Of a stretch of DNA of 64,000 nt, positions 42,703-53,619 are shown piece after piece. Within the stretch, counting starts at the first letter, position 1; each line of letters begins with the position of its first letter. Source of the DNA: an uncultured cyanobacterium (GTDB lineage: Bacteria; Cyanobacteriota; Cyanobacteriia; Cyanobacteriales; Nostocaceae); the NCBI GenBank assembly GCA_963740315.1, contig CAVUDP010000001.1, positions 992,001 to 1,056,000 on the forward strand, in the 5' to 3' direction. The translations under genes and the position numbers were made by a program. Under the pieces are notes generated by a model that saw only the letters and a list, made by a program, of their open reading frames with translations, ran no database searches and was not told the DNA's origin.

Positions 42703-44919
42703 TTAACCGCCTACCCTACTCGCCGTTGAGGCTATCAGGAACGCGCCATATGTCAGAATGTAACCCACGGTAAAGTGAGCTAAACCAATCAAACGACCTT
42801 GAACGATGGACATTGCAACGGGCTTGTCTTTCCAACGAACTAGGTTCGCTAGAGGTGTGCGCTCGTGTGCCCAAACAAGAGTTTCAATCAATTCTTGCCA
42901 GTAACCTCTCCAGGAGATCAAGAACATGAATCCAGTTGCCCAAACAAGGTGTCCGAATAAGAACATCCAAGCCCAGACGGACAAGTTATTCATCCCGTAG
43001 GGGTTGTAACCGTTAATCAGCGATGCTGAATAATTCCACAAGTAATCTCGCAGCCAACCCATTAGATAGGTTGATGATTCGTTAAACTGCGCTACGTTTC
43101 CTTGCCATATACCCAGATGCTTCCAGTGCCAGTAGAACGTTACCCACCCCACTGTATTCAAAGACCAGAATAATGCTAGGTAGAAGGAGTCCCAACCAGA
43201 GATATCACAAGTACCGCCACGTCCGGGACCGTCGCAAGGGAATGCATAACCAAAGTCTTTTTTGTCGGGCATCAATTTGGAACCACGGGCATCCAAAGCA
43301 CCTTTAACCAAGATTAAAACGGTGGTGTGAATTGCCAACGCGAAGGCGTGGTGTACCAAGAAGTCGCCAGGACCAATGGTTAAGAACAAGGAATTTGTAG
43401 TGTTGTTGATGGCATCTACCCAACCAGGCAACCAAGCAGCACCTGCTGTGGAAGCAATACTGTCTGGGTTGGACAGCAATGTGTCCATGCCGTACAAGAC
43501 TTTACCGTGAGCAGCTTGAATGAATTGAGCAAATACTGGCTCAATCAAAATCTGCTTTTCAGGTGTGCCGAATGCAACAACTACGTCGTTGTGTACGTAC
43601 AGGCTCAAGGTGTGGAAACCTAAGAAAAGAGATACCCAGCTTAAGTGGGAAATAATCGCTTCTTTATGCTTCAACACGCGGTCTAGTACGTTGCCTTTGT
43701 TCTGTTCTGGGTCATAGTCGCGCACCCAGAATATAGCCGCGTGAGCAAAGGCACCAGTCATCAAGAATACTGCAATGTACTGGTGGTGAGTGTACAGCGC
43801 TGCCTGAGTTGTGTAATCCCTTGCAATGAAAGCATAGGGCGGCATTGCGTACATATGCTGCGCTACCAAGGAAGTAATTGTTCCTAATGCTGCCAATGCC
43901 AATGACAATTGGAAGTGTAGCGAGTTGTTGATGGTGTCGTACAACCCTTGGTGGGGTAAGTTAAATTGTCCTTCAGTCTTGGTGCCAAAGAAGTTCTTGG
44001 CGTTGAGCATTTCTTTGATGCTGTGACCAATTCCGAAGTTTGTCCGGTACATATGTCCGGCAAAAATAAAGATTACCGCGATCGCCAAGTGGTGGTGAGC
44101 CATATCGGTCAACCACAAGGATTCAGTTTGCGGATGGAAGCCACCTAAAAAGGTGAGAATCGCCGTACCAGAACCTGTTGATGTACCAAATAGATGGTTT
44201 GCGGTATCGGGGTTAGCTGCATAAGCACCCCAATTTCCGGTGAAAAATGGCTGTAAACCTGCTGGGTGTGGAAGGGTGCTGAGGAAGTTATCCCAACCTA
44301 CGTGTTGTCCGCGAGATTCGGGGATTGCCACGTGTACCAAGTGACCAGTCCAAGCCAAGGAGCTTACACCGAATAAACCTGCCAAGTGGTGGTTTAAACG
44401 AGGTTCAGCGCTCTTGAACCAAGAAAGACTGGGGCGGAACTTGGGTTGTAAATGCAACCAACCAGCAAACAGGAATAGACCGGCTAACAATAGTAGCAAC
44501 AACGCACCAGAGTAAAGGTCGTTGTTTGTCCGCATCCCAATGGTGTACCACCAGTGGTAGACACCAGAGTAAGCAATGTTAACTGGATAATCTACGCCAC
44601 CTTGAGTAAATGCGTCGATCGCTGGTTTACCAAAGTGGGGGTCCCAAATAGCATGTGCAATAGGACTGATATGAAGGGGATCTTTAATCCACTGTTCAAA
44701 GTTACCTTGCCAAGCGACGTGGAAATTCAGGCTGGATGCCCACAAGAAAATGATTGCCAGGTGCCCGAAATGAGTAGCGAAAATCTTTTGGTAAAGATTC
44801 TCTTCGGTCATCCCATCGTGGCTTTCAAAATCATTACCCATCGCGATCGCGTACCAAATCCGACGTGTAGTCGGATCTTGTGCGAGATCCTGGCTAAATT
44901 TTGGAAATTTCGTTGCCAT
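42703..44919 (-). CDS. psaB: photosystem I P700 apoprotein A2
   Basis: [24 protein letters not shown] motif [40 protein letters not shown]. Confidence 0.99.
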   Translation of the reverse strand: MATKFPKFSQDLAQDPTTRRIWYAIAMGNDFESHDGMTEENLYQKIFATHFGHLAIIFLWASSLNFHVAWQGNFEQWIKDPLHISPIAHAIWDPHFGKPAIDAFTQGGVDYPVNIAYSGVYHWWYTIGMRTNNDLYSGALLLLLLAGLFLFAGWLHLQPKFRPSLSWFKSAEPRLNHHLAGLFGVSSLAWTGHLVHVAIPESRGQHVGWDNFLSTLPHPAGLQPFFTGNWGAYAANPDTANHLFGTSTGSGTAILTFLGGFHPQTESLWLTDMAHHHLAIAVIFIFAGHMYRTNFGIGHSIKEMLNAKNFFGTKTEGQFNLPHQGLYDTINNSLHFQLSLALAALGTITSLVAQHMYAMPPYAFIARDYTTQAALYTHHQYIAVFLMTGAFAHAAIFWVRDYDPEQNKGNVLDRVLKHKEAIISHLSWVSLFLGFHTLSLYVHNDVVVAFGTPEKQILIEPVFAQFIQAAHGKVLYGMDTLLSNPDSIASTAGAAWLPGWVDAINNTTNSLFLTIGPGDFLVHHAFALAIHTTVLILVKGALDARGSKLMPDKKDFGYAFPCDGPGRGGTCDISGWDSFYLALFWSLNTVGWVTFYWHWKHLGIWQGNVAQFNESSTYLMGWLRDYLWNYSASLINGYNPYGMNNLSVWAWMFLFGHLVWATGFMFLISWRGYWQELIETLVWAHERTPLANLVRWKDKPVAMSIVQGRLIGLAHFTVGYILTYGAFLIASTASRVGG

Positions 44920-44960
44920 AGGTTTTATAAATCCTCTGACATGAGAGCCATTTAATAATT

Positions 44961-45035
44961 TGAGTTATGAGTTGAGAGTTATGAGTTATGAGTTGATAAA
45001 ATTAACCCCTAACCCCTAACTCCTAACTCCTAACT
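44961..45035. repeat. opposed heptamer STRR arrays in the psaA-psaB spacer
   Basis: (TGAGTTA)n followed by (TAACCCC/TAACTCC)n. Confidence 0.75.
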
Positions 45036-45045
45036 ATTGAGTTTG

Positions 45046-47304
45046 CTAGCCTAACGAAAGAATTCTGGCATGGAAGAATGCCCAGGTGGTAACGATACCG
45101 CCTAATAAGTAGTGAGCTACTCCTACAGCACGACCTTGAATGATGCTCAAAGCGCGAGGCTGTATTGCTGGTGCTACTTTTAATTTGTTATGTGCCCAAA
45201 CAATCGACTCAATTAATTCTTGCCAGTAGCCTCTGCCGCTGAACAGGAACATTAAGCTGAATGCCCATACAAAGTGAGCGCCTAAGAAGAGCAGACCGTA
45301 AGCGGAAAGCGCACTTCCGTAAGAGTTGATTACCTGTGAAGCTTGTGCCCACAAGAAGTCGCGCAACCAACCGTTGATGGTAATTGCACTTTGAGCAAAG
45401 TTACCGCCAGTTAAGTGCGATACGTTGCCTGCCGCGTCTACGGTTCCCCATACATCTGACTGCATCTTCCAACTGAAGTGGAAAATCACAACCGATATAC
45501 AGTTGTACATCCAGAACAATCCGAGGAATACGTGATCCCAACCGGATACCTGACAAGTACCCCCACGTCCGGGACCGTCGCAAGGGAAGCGGAAGCCTAA
45601 GTTTGCTTTATCTGGAATTAAGCGGGAACTGCGAGCAAACAGTACGCCTTTCAACAGAATCAAGACGGTAACGTGAATTGTAAAGGCGTGGATGTGGTGA
45701 ACCATAAAATCAGCGGTACCCAAAGCAATGGGCATCATCGCGATTTTTCCGCCTATAGCTACAATACCGCCACCGAAAGCGTAGCTCACGGGTTCTAATG
45801 CATTAGGTGCAGTGCCACCAGGTGCCAAGGTGTGTAAGTTTTGTACCCACTGGGCAAACACTGGCTGCAATTGAATTGCCGTATCCGAGAACAAATCTTG
45901 GGGACGACCCAAAGCACGCATGGTGTCGTTGTGAATGTATAGTCCAAAGCTGTGGAAGCCTAAGAATATACATACCCAGTTCAAGTGAGAGATAATCGCA
46001 TCTCTATGGCGAAGTACCCGATCCAAAAGGTTGTTTTGGTTCACTACTGGGTCGTAATCACGAACCATGAAAATAGCAGCGTGTGCCGCACCACCGACGA
46101 TACAAAAAGCGCCAATCCACATATGGTGAGTGAAGATACACAACTGAGTTGCATAGTCAGTTGCCAAATATGGATAAGGAGGCATCGCGTACATATGGTG
46201 CGCGATAATAATCGTCAGCGAACCCAAGAAGGCAAGGTTTGTTGCCAATTGAGCGTGCCAAGATGTGGTCATGTTTTCATAAAGTCCCGTATGACCTTCG
46301 CCAGTGAAGGGTCCTTTATGATTTTCCAAAATGGTCTTGATGCTATGACCGATACCCCAATTGGTACGGTACATATGACCGGCAACGATGAACACTACCG
46401 CGATCGCCAAGTGGTGATGGGCAATGTCTGTCATCCATAAACCGCCAGTCACGGGGCTTAAGCCGCCTTTGAAGGTCAAAATATCTGCATATTGACCCCA
46501 GTTCAAGGTGAAGAAAGGCGCTAATCCGTTAGCAAAGCCTGGATAAAGCTCTGTCAACAGGTCTTTGTTCAAGATGAACTCATGAGGCAGCGGCACGTCT
46601 TTGAGGGGGACTCCCGCATCTAACAACTTGTTAGTTGGTGCAGATACGTGGATTATGTGCCCAGCCCAGCCCAAGGAACCACAACCCAACAACACTGATA
46701 AGTGGTGGTTGAGCATCGACTCCACATTTTGGAACCATTCCAATTTGGGAGCGCGTTTGTGATAGTGGAACCAACCGGCAAATAGCATCAAACCTGCCAT
46801 TACCAAGCCACCAATGGCGGTGCAGTATAGCTGGAATGAGTTGGTTATACCCCAACCACGCCATATCTGGAATAAACCGCTGGTGATTTGAATTCCGTGG
46901 AATCCACCACCAACATCACCATTTAAAATTTGTTGACCAACTACGGGCCAAACTACTTGGGCGCTTGGCTTGATATTTAACGGGTCCATTAACCAAGCTT
47001 CGTAGTTGGAAAAACGTGCGCCGTGGAATATCATCCCGCTCAGCCAGATAAATACTATGGACAAATGTCCAAAGTGGGCTGCGAATACCTTACGGGATAC
47101 ATCTTCTAAATCGCTTGTATGTGAATCAAAATCGTGGGCGAGTGCGTGCAGGTTCCAAATCCAGGCTGTGGTTTTTGGACCTTTAGCAAGAGTTCTGTCG
47201 AAATGTCCTGGTTTGCCCCATCGCTCGAACGAGGTTGGTACCGGGTCATTGTCAACGACGATTCTTGCTTTCTTTTCCTCTCGCTCCGGAGGACTAATTG
47301 TCAT
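45046..47304 (-). CDS. psaA: photosystem I P700 apoprotein A1
   Basis: [24 protein letters not shown] and [23 protein letters not shown]. Confidence 0.99.
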   Translation of the reverse strand: MTISPPEREEKKARIVVDNDPVPTSFERWGKPGHFDRTLAKGPKTTAWIWNLHALAHDFDSHTSDLEDVSRKVFAAHFGHLSIVFIWLSGMIFHGARFSNYEAWLMDPLNIKPSAQVVWPVVGQQILNGDVGGGFHGIQITSGLFQIWRGWGITNSFQLYCTAIGGLVMAGLMLFAGWFHYHKRAPKLEWFQNVESMLNHHLSVLLGCGSLGWAGHIIHVSAPTNKLLDAGVPLKDVPLPHEFILNKDLLTELYPGFANGLAPFFTLNWGQYADILTFKGGLSPVTGGLWMTDIAHHHLAIAVVFIVAGHMYRTNWGIGHSIKTILENHKGPFTGEGHTGLYENMTTSWHAQLATNLAFLGSLTIIIAHHMYAMPPYPYLATDYATQLCIFTHHMWIGAFCIVGGAAHAAIFMVRDYDPVVNQNNLLDRVLRHRDAIISHLNWVCIFLGFHSFGLYIHNDTMRALGRPQDLFSDTAIQLQPVFAQWVQNLHTLAPGGTAPNALEPVSYAFGGGIVAIGGKIAMMPIALGTADFMVHHIHAFTIHVTVLILLKGVLFARSSRLIPDKANLGFRFPCDGPGRGGTCQVSGWDHVFLGLFWMYNCISVVIFHFSWKMQSDVWGTVDAAGNVSHLTGGNFAQSAITINGWLRDFLWAQASQVINSYGSALSAYGLLFLGAHFVWAFSLMFLFSGRGYWQELIESIVWAHNKLKVAPAIQPRALSIIQGRAVGVAHYLLGGIVTTWAFFHARILSLG

Positions 47305-47771
47305 TCGACCTCCTCTCTATAAAAAGGACTGAGGATTTATTCCACTAGTTGTCTTTACATCAGAGATTTCACGCCGGAGCGTTTCCAACTCATATGCTTT
47401 TTTCAGCAGTAAGGACTCTATGCGGTTTATTGCTTTCTCGTTGAATTATAAAGTCATATATCCCCTATTGTGAGCCTTAAATTAACAATAATTAAAACTT
47501 CGATAATTTTTGCCTTATCAACCTTTCAATGTTTTGCCTTGGCCAAAAAGTCAATAGTCTCTATATTTTTTTTACAATTAGCAACAATTGATATATTTCA
47601 TACCTCTATTACCATCTGAGGTCATGAATACGCGATCGCTAATGACTGTTTTCTCATCATAGTTACAATGCCTGAAACAACCAATTGGTAGAGGTTTGAC
47701 AATAAACATCAATCAAATATACAGCTAAAACTTATACTTCCGATAAACATATAGATATCAATCAAAATCTA

Positions 47772-47789
47772 AATGTAAATTATTGTAAA
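47772..47789 (-). promoter_or_regulatory. HLR1 (RpaB-binding) direct repeat upstream of psaA
   Basis: Minus strand TTTACAAT-AA-TTTACATT matches (G/T)TTACA(T/A)(T/A)-N2 twice; weaker copies near 47482 and 47571. Confidence 0.55.
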
Positions 47790-48104
47790 TAGATATTTTT
47801 AAGTATAGATTTTATGCATTGCACTCCTAAAGAAAAAATAGATAAAATATAAAGTTTTTTATCATTAAGCTGTTTAGCCCGGTGTCAAAATATAGGAATC
47901 GAGTTTAATTTACAAATTACTTGTGAATATTGGGAAGGGGGAAGAGAAATGCTGAGTATTAAAGAAAATTAAATTTATAGTTGATTTTTAACTGCTGTTG
48001 CAGAAACCGAGTTTCTCCGGCGATAAAAAACCCGGTTTAATAGGACTTAGTGTTATAGGATGATTCGAGTCAAGATATAAGTTGTTGAGTATACCGGGTG
48101 GAAT

Positions 48105-50078
48105 ATGATGAACTCATGGTTGATGAAAGCGTTAATAAAGCTGATTCGGAAGAGATACGCGCTATTTAAGAGCTTAATTATAGGTGTGCTGGTATTAAGT
48201 TTAACTGCGTGTGGTGGTAAAGCAGCTAGTCAGGATGCATCGATTCAGTTATCTGAAAAACCAGTACAAGAAAAAAACGCGCAACTTTCCAGCAAAATCT
48301 CCGAAGTTGCACCCCCCGAAGTTATTCAAGAATTACGTCAAACTGTAGAAAATTATCAGCCACAGGTACAAATACTCAACCCTCAACCAGATGAGGTATT
48401 ACAAGAAGATAAATTAAAAGTTCGCTTACAAGTTAAAGATTTACCGATATTCAAAGACGCACAATACAAATTAGGTTCGCATTTAGAGGTAATTTTAGAT
48501 AATCAACCCGGATTAGAAATCTACGATCTAAACCAACCTTTGGAGTTATCGGATTTATCTCCGGGTACTCATACATTACGTGTATTTGCTTCTCGTGCTT
48601 GGCATGAAAGCTTTAAAAATGCAGGTGCCTACGCTCAAACCACTTTTCACGTATTTACCAAGAGCGATGACAACAATCCAGATACGAGCCTGCCAATATT
48701 AACTTACAACAGCCCCGAAGGTAGTTATGGTGCAGAACCGATTTTAGTTGATTTTTATTTAACCAACGCTCCCTTACATATTCTGGCTAAAGATAATCCC
48801 GATAGCGCGATCGCAGATTGGCGAATTCGCTGCACCATTAACGGTGAAAGTTTTATTATTGATAGATGGCAATCTTTATATCTTAAAGGTTTTAACTCAG
48901 GTCAAAATTGGGTAAAACTAGAATTTCTAGATAATCAAGGTAATCCAGTTAAAAACGCTTTTAACAGTACCGTTAGAGTGATTAATTATGAAGCTAAAGG
49001 TAAAGATACTCTTGCAAAAATCGTTCGAGGAGAACTTTCATCTGAAGATTTACGTGGAATTGTAGATTCAGATTATGCAGTTAAAGTACCAACAGAAGTA
49101 ACTCCCGAAAATATTCAAGAAGAATCAGGTGGATTTTTCGATCGATTTAAGCGTGGTGAAGATAAAACACCAACTCCACAACCCGAAAGTACTTTAAAAC
49201 CAATTCCAGAAGTAATCGAAACACCGGAATTAGAAACTCCTTTAGAAGAAACAATTCCAGAAGTAATCGAAACACCGGAATTAGAAACTACTTTAGAAGA
49301 AACAATTCCAGAAGTAATCGAAACACCGGAATTAGAAACTCCTTTAGAAGAAACAATTCCAGAAGTAATTGAAACTCCTTTAGAAGAAAGCGATCGAGAA
49401 AAACCAGAAACAGAATCAAAACCAGAAGGATTTTTTAATAGATTCAAGCGTGGTGAAGCAGAAGAATCTAAACCTAGTGGATTTTTCAATAGATTTAAGC
49501 GTCGGGAAGAAGATAACAAACCAATTCCAGAAGTTATCAAAACTCCCACACAACAGGTAACACCAATTCCAAAAATAGAACTCAAACCTGAAGAAGTAAC
49601 ACCAATTCCAGTTACACCTCAACTTAAAGATTCAGAAGATGGATATTTTAATCAATTCGAGAATGGTGAAGAAGAAATTACACCTCAAGCAGAAGAATCA
49701 GAACCTGGTGGATTCTTTAATAGATTTAAACGTCGGGAAGAAGATAACAAACCAATTCCAGAAGTTATCAAAACTCCCACACAACAGATAACACCAATTC
49801 CAAAATTAGAAGAGCAACCTGAACTAAAAATAGAATCAACTCCAGAATTGCCACCTACATTACCCGAAATTGTCGAACCTTTAGAAAATCAACCTCCAGT
49901 AACGCAACCGGATATATTAGAACCTCGAATTGAAATAACTCCAGAAGCGAAATCTACAACTAAGAAATTAGGGGAATATTTTAATCTTCCTCAACGTGTA
50001 ACTCCCGTACCAACACCTGATATTGAAGTACCATCTGTACCCGTAATTGAACAGCCAAGTGAAGAATTAGTGAATTAA
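48105..50078 (+). CDS. lipoprotein with conserved N-terminal domain and acidic Pro/Glu-rich repeat tail
   Basis: Lipobox LSLTAC; HLEVILDN and PGTHTLRVFASRAWHES; repetitive C-terminus. Confidence 0.75.
   Translation: MMNSWLMKALIKLIRKRYALFKSLIIGVLVLSLTACGGKAASQDASIQLSEKPVQEKNAQLSSKISEVAPPEVIQELRQTVENYQPQVQILNPQPDEVLQEDKLKVRLQVKDLPIFKDAQYKLGSHLEVILDNQPGLEIYDLNQPLELSDLSPGTHTLRVFASRAWHESFKNAGAYAQTTFHVFTKSDDNNPDTSLPILTYNSPEGSYGAEPILVDFYLTNAPLHILAKDNPDSAIADWRIRCTINGESFIIDRWQSLYLKGFNSGQNWVKLEFLDNQGNPVKNAFNSTVRVINYEAKGKDTLAKIVRGELSSEDLRGIVDSDYAVKVPTEVTPENIQEESGGFFDRFKRGEDKTPTPQPESTLKPIPEVIETPELETPLEETIPEVIETPELETTLEETIPEVIETPELETPLEETIPEVIETPLEESDREKPETESKPEGFFNRFKRGEAEESKPSGFFNRFKRREEDNKPIPEVIKTPTQQVTPIPKIELKPEEVTPIPVTPQLKDSEDGYFNQFENGEEEITPQAEESEPGGFFNRFKRREEDNKPIPEVIKTPTQQITPIPKLEEQPELKIESTPELPPTLPEIVEPLENQPPVTQPDILEPRIEITPEAKSTTKKLGEYFNLPQRVTPVPTPDIEVPSVPVIEQPSEELVN
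49201..49389 (+). repeat. in-frame 51-bp tandem repeat (IPEVIETPELETPLEET) x3 plus a partial copy
   Basis: Units start at 49201, 49252, 49303 and 49354. Confidence 0.9.
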
Positions 50079-50084
50079 TCAACA

Positions 50085-50540
50085 GTGGATTTCATCATAG
50101 AAAAACCTGTTTTAGAAAAAGGGAGCGTTTGTAAAGAAATACTGCGCTCCCTACCTCAATGGTTTGGAATTGAAGCAGCAATTATTCAATATGTAAAAGA
50201 TATCGAACAACTTCCGACATTTGTTGCGATCGCAGATAATAAAACCGTAGGATTTTTGACAATTAAACAACACAATCAATTTGCTGCTGAAATATACGTT
50301 ATGGGTGTACTTCCTCAAGTACATCGAAAGGGTATTGGACGTAATTTAGTCGAAGCAGAAAAATTTCTTAAACAAAATGACGTAGAATATTTGCAAGTTA
50401 AAACTCTTGGTGAATCGCATCCAGATAAATATTATGGATTAACAAGAGATTTTTATTTCAAAATGGGATTTAAACCAATTGAAGAATTTGATCGAATTTG
50501 GGATGATAATCCTTGTTTGTTGATGATTAAAGGTTTGTAG
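50085..50540 (+). CDS. GNAT family N-acetyltransferase
   Basis: LPQWFGI, MGVLPQVHRKGIGR and YLQVKTL. Confidence 0.85.
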   Translation: MDFIIEKPVLEKGSVCKEILRSLPQWFGIEAAIIQYVKDIEQLPTFVAIADNKTVGFLTIKQHNQFAAEIYVMGVLPQVHRKGIGRNLVEAEKFLKQNDVEYLQVKTLGESHPDKYYGLTRDFYFKMGFKPIEEFDRIWDDNPCLLMIKGL

Positions 50541-50859
50541 TAAGACGGTGCGTTAGCCGCCAAACATAATTATTTTGTTATCATCCCAATTACCTATCGC
50601 GGCATAACACACCCTACAAATTCCCTATTCCCTATTTATAAATGTCTTGCATTCGGTTGTAGAGAAATTCCTTTTTCATATTTTACTTTCTTTTTACTTC
50701 TTTCCTCTGCGCTCTCTGTGTCTAGTAAGGTTTTTTCTTAATCATTTTGTAGTAAGACGGTGCGTTAGCCGCCAAACATAATTATTTTGTTATCATCCCA
50801 ATTACCTATCGCGGCATAACACACCCTACAAATTCCCAATTCCCTATTTATAAATGTCT
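50534..50859. repeat. 114-bp direct duplication (50534-50647 / 50746-50859) containing a long-loop REP
   Basis: The copies differ at one position by eye. Confidence 0.9.
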
Positions 50860-52266
50860 CGTATTCGCGCACCGGAATTACCACAATATTATTCTTGGTT
50901 AAATACTGAAAAACCTTTTTCGTTAAAACAACTTAGGGGTAGAGTGGTAATTCTTGATTTTTGGACTTATTGCTGTATTAATTGTCTGCACGTTTTACCG
51001 GATTTAAAATATCTCGAACAAAAATACAAAGATAGCATTACGGTTATTGGGGTACATTCGGGTAAATTCGATAATGAAAAGGAAACCGAAAATATTCGTC
51101 AAGCCGTTTTACGTTACGATATCGAACATCCCGTTTTAATTGATAAGGATTTTCGAGTTTGGCAAGAATATGCTGTAAAGGCTTATCCTACTTTTGCGAT
51201 AATCGATCCGCAAGGTTATGTGGTAGCTTCGTTAATAGGTGAAGGTAAACGTCAGATTTTAGATGAGTTAATTTCAAAGTTAATTCAACTGCATCAATCA
51301 AAGGGTACGATTGATTTTCAAGAATTTGATTTAATTTTAGAAAAAGATAAAACACCTTTAATTACACCTTTAGCTTTTCCCGGTAAGGTTTTAGCCGCTG
51401 ATTCTAAATTATTCGTCGCTGATTCTGGGCATCATCGTATTGTTGTCAGTAATTTAGAGGGTAACGTTTTACATTTAATTGGTAGCGGTACTGGTTTTAA
51501 AGATGGTAATTTCGAGGATGCAAAATTTTTCGCACCTCAAGGAATGGCTTTTGATGAAGTTGATAATATTTTGTATGTAGCCGATACAGAAAATCATGCA
51601 ATTCGCAAAGTTGATTTCAATCATCAAAAAGTAGAAACTATTGCTGGTATTAAAGAAAGTCTAAATTCTCCTTGGGATTTAGTTTTGGGAAATAAGCTAT
51701 TTATTGCAATGGCTGGCTGTCATCAAATTTGGGAATTAGATTTAGTAACCAATATTATTAAAAACTACGCTGGTAGAGGTGCGGAATCTTGTTTTGATGG
51801 TTCGCTTTTTGAATCTGCTTTTGCTCAACCTAGCGGTATTGCTATTAATGGTAGTGAATTATATATTGCTGATAGTGAAGTTAGTTCGATTCGCGGAATT
51901 AATTTAGAGACGCAGCAAGTAAGAACAATTTGCGGTAGCGGCGATTTAAATGCTTTTGGTGATGTTGATGGGCAAGGTTTTGATGTCAGATTGCAGCATT
52001 GTTTGGGAATAGAATATGCTGATGGTAATTTGTGGGTTGCCGATACGTATAACCACAAAATTAAATTAGTAAATCCGGTTACGGGTAATTGTAAAAGTTT
52101 TTTGGAAGATGCTTTTTCTGAGCCTTCGGGTTTAAGTATTTTTGAGAATTATTTATATATAGCTGATACGAATAATCATGCAATTCGTAAAGTTGGTTTA
52201 GATACTTTGGTAGTGGAAACTATGGAATTTGATGGTTTGTGTGCTACTTATGTTTGTATTTTTTAA
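50854..52266 (+). CDS. thioredoxin-like plus NHL-repeat protein (NHLRC2/SOQ1-like)
   Basis: DFWTYCCINC, GVHSGKF and repeated YVADTENH/ADTYNH NHL blades. Confidence 0.88.
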   Translation: MSRIRAPELPQYYSWLNTEKPFSLKQLRGRVVILDFWTYCCINCLHVLPDLKYLEQKYKDSITVIGVHSGKFDNEKETENIRQAVLRYDIEHPVLIDKDFRVWQEYAVKAYPTFAIIDPQGYVVASLIGEGKRQILDELISKLIQLHQSKGTIDFQEFDLILEKDKTPLITPLAFPGKVLAADSKLFVADSGHHRIVVSNLEGNVLHLIGSGTGFKDGNFEDAKFFAPQGMAFDEVDNILYVADTENHAIRKVDFNHQKVETIAGIKESLNSPWDLVLGNKLFIAMAGCHQIWELDLVTNIIKNYAGRGAESCFDGSLFESAFAQPSGIAINGSELYIADSEVSSIRGINLETQQVRTICGSGDLNAFGDVDGQGFDVRLQHCLGIEYADGNLWVADTYNHKIKLVNPVTGNCKSFLEDAFSEPSGLSIFENYLYIADTNNHAIRKVGLDTLVVETMEFDGLCATYVCIF

Positions 52267-52455
52267 ACGCAAAGTAACGCTAAGGTAAACGCGAAGTAGC
52301 GCAGAGTTTTTAGATAGATGTTGCGTAATTATGTAACTTCAATATCAATATTATAACTTAGTTGTTGTCAGCAAATTGGCAGATTTTCTTAATAGATCGG
52401 TTTAAATTATAAGGATAACAGCCTTTTTAACTGGTTTATTTTAAGTCATATTAAT

Positions 52456-52890
52456 ATGAACGGTAATTTTATACTTTTAGAATCGGATGATGTTGTACTT
52501 TTAGGAGAAGATACTTTTAAAGTTAGTAGAATTGAGCAGTTAGTTGAAGAAAATATTAAAGAGAAATTGCAAAGACATATTTATGAATATAATAGCTTTC
52601 ATCCCGGTGCTTCGATGTTGGAGTTTTTCAGCAGTATACCTATTGGTAAGACAAAAATAAATTTAGCTGAAATTAAACATGAATATATTCAAAATTGCCA
52701 AGTTTTGAGAAGTAGCGGGCAAGGTTGGGAGAAAGGAAAGCTGAAAATAGAAATACGAATATTGCCTGCAAATAACTATGAAAGCCAAATAAATTTAACA
52801 TTTTTACCAGATGAGCCTATAGAATATGAAGCTTTTTTAGATGATATTTTTCAGATAGTTTCCGATAATCCAATTAGCAATCGCAAATAG
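52456..52890 (+). CDS. KGK domain protein
   Basis: CQVLRSSGQGWEKGKLKI...FLPDEP...LDDI pattern. Confidence 0.75.
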   Translation: MNGNFILLESDDVVLLGEDTFKVSRIEQLVEENIKEKLQRHIYEYNSFHPGASMLEFFSSIPIGKTKINLAEIKHEYIQNCQVLRSSGQGWEKGKLKIEIRILPANNYESQINLTFLPDEPIEYEAFLDDIFQIVSDNPISNRK

Positions 52891-52924
52891 GTATGTTACC
52901 TATAATTTTTTAAATTTTAATTAT

Positions 52925-53533
52925 ATGTTAAATAAATTAAAACAAGTCAAAGCGGCTTTAGCTTATAAAAACTCTCAAAATTTTGGCGATTTTGCTATTT
53001 TAAAGTCGGATATTTTGGGTGCGAAAGTTTCTTTAGAAGTTGCTGATAAATTGCAAAATGTAGTGGGATATTATCCGCAAATTGATTTAAACAAATTAAT
53101 TGAATATCCAGAAGGTAGTTTTGGTAGAGAATATGCAGAGCATATGAAGAGAAACAACCTTCAAACACTTAATATTAGTCCCGAATTAGACGATGTTGCT
53201 CAACGTAATGTTTTTGCTTTGCGATATGTTATTACTCATGATATTTTTCATGTTTTACTTGGTTTTGATACCAGTTATGCCGGAGAAATTGGAGTACTAG
53301 CATTTGCTGCTGCACAAAATTATAGTAAGTCTTTAAAAGTTAGCTTCTGGTTTGCTAAGTTGCTTTATCCAATAATTGCACCCCGACAAGTTAAAGCAAT
53401 TTTTACAAATCAGCGAAAAGGGCAAGAATTAGCTAGAAATGCTAAGTTTGTGTTGGGATATCGCTTTGAAGAACATTGGAATCAATCTTTAGATAAAGTT
53501 AGGGAAGATTTGGGATTACCGCAAATTCAATAA
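52925..53533 (+). CDS. Coq4 family protein
   Basis: YPEGSFGREYA and HDIFH-x11-E metal-binding motif. Confidence 0.8.
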   Translation: MLNKLKQVKAALAYKNSQNFGDFAILKSDILGAKVSLEVADKLQNVVGYYPQIDLNKLIEYPEGSFGREYAEHMKRNNLQTLNISPELDDVAQRNVFALRYVITHDIFHVLLGFDTSYAGEIGVLAFAAAQNYSKSLKVSFWFAKLLYPIIAPRQVKAIFTNQRKGQELARNAKFVLGYRFEEHWNQSLDKVREDLGLPQIQ

Positions 53534-53564
53534 TTATCTTGATAATATTCTATTTTTGGTAATA

Positions 53565-53588
53565 AGGGCTAAAGCCCCTACTACAAAC
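53565..53588 (-). repeat. GTAG-type REP (GTAGTA-GGGCTTTAGCCC)
   Basis: Relatives at 55847-55874 and 32546-32570. Confidence 0.65.
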
Positions 53589-53619
53589 CTAACATTGCGA
53601 TCGCATTGCCAAGCCTTAA

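Noticed and set aside
42703..47304. psaA/psaB as far-red (FaRLiP) paralogues
   Set aside because: No rfpABC, chlF, apc or psb paralogues nearby; the sequences look like standard Nostocales PSI core proteins
43966..47332. Several ORFs antisense or out of frame within psaA/psaB, and similar shadow ORFs in other genes
   Set aside because: They overlap well-supported genes and carry no recognisable motifs
49201..49389. 51-bp repeats as a CRISPR array or non-coding element
   Set aside because: They are in-frame coding repeats without spacers
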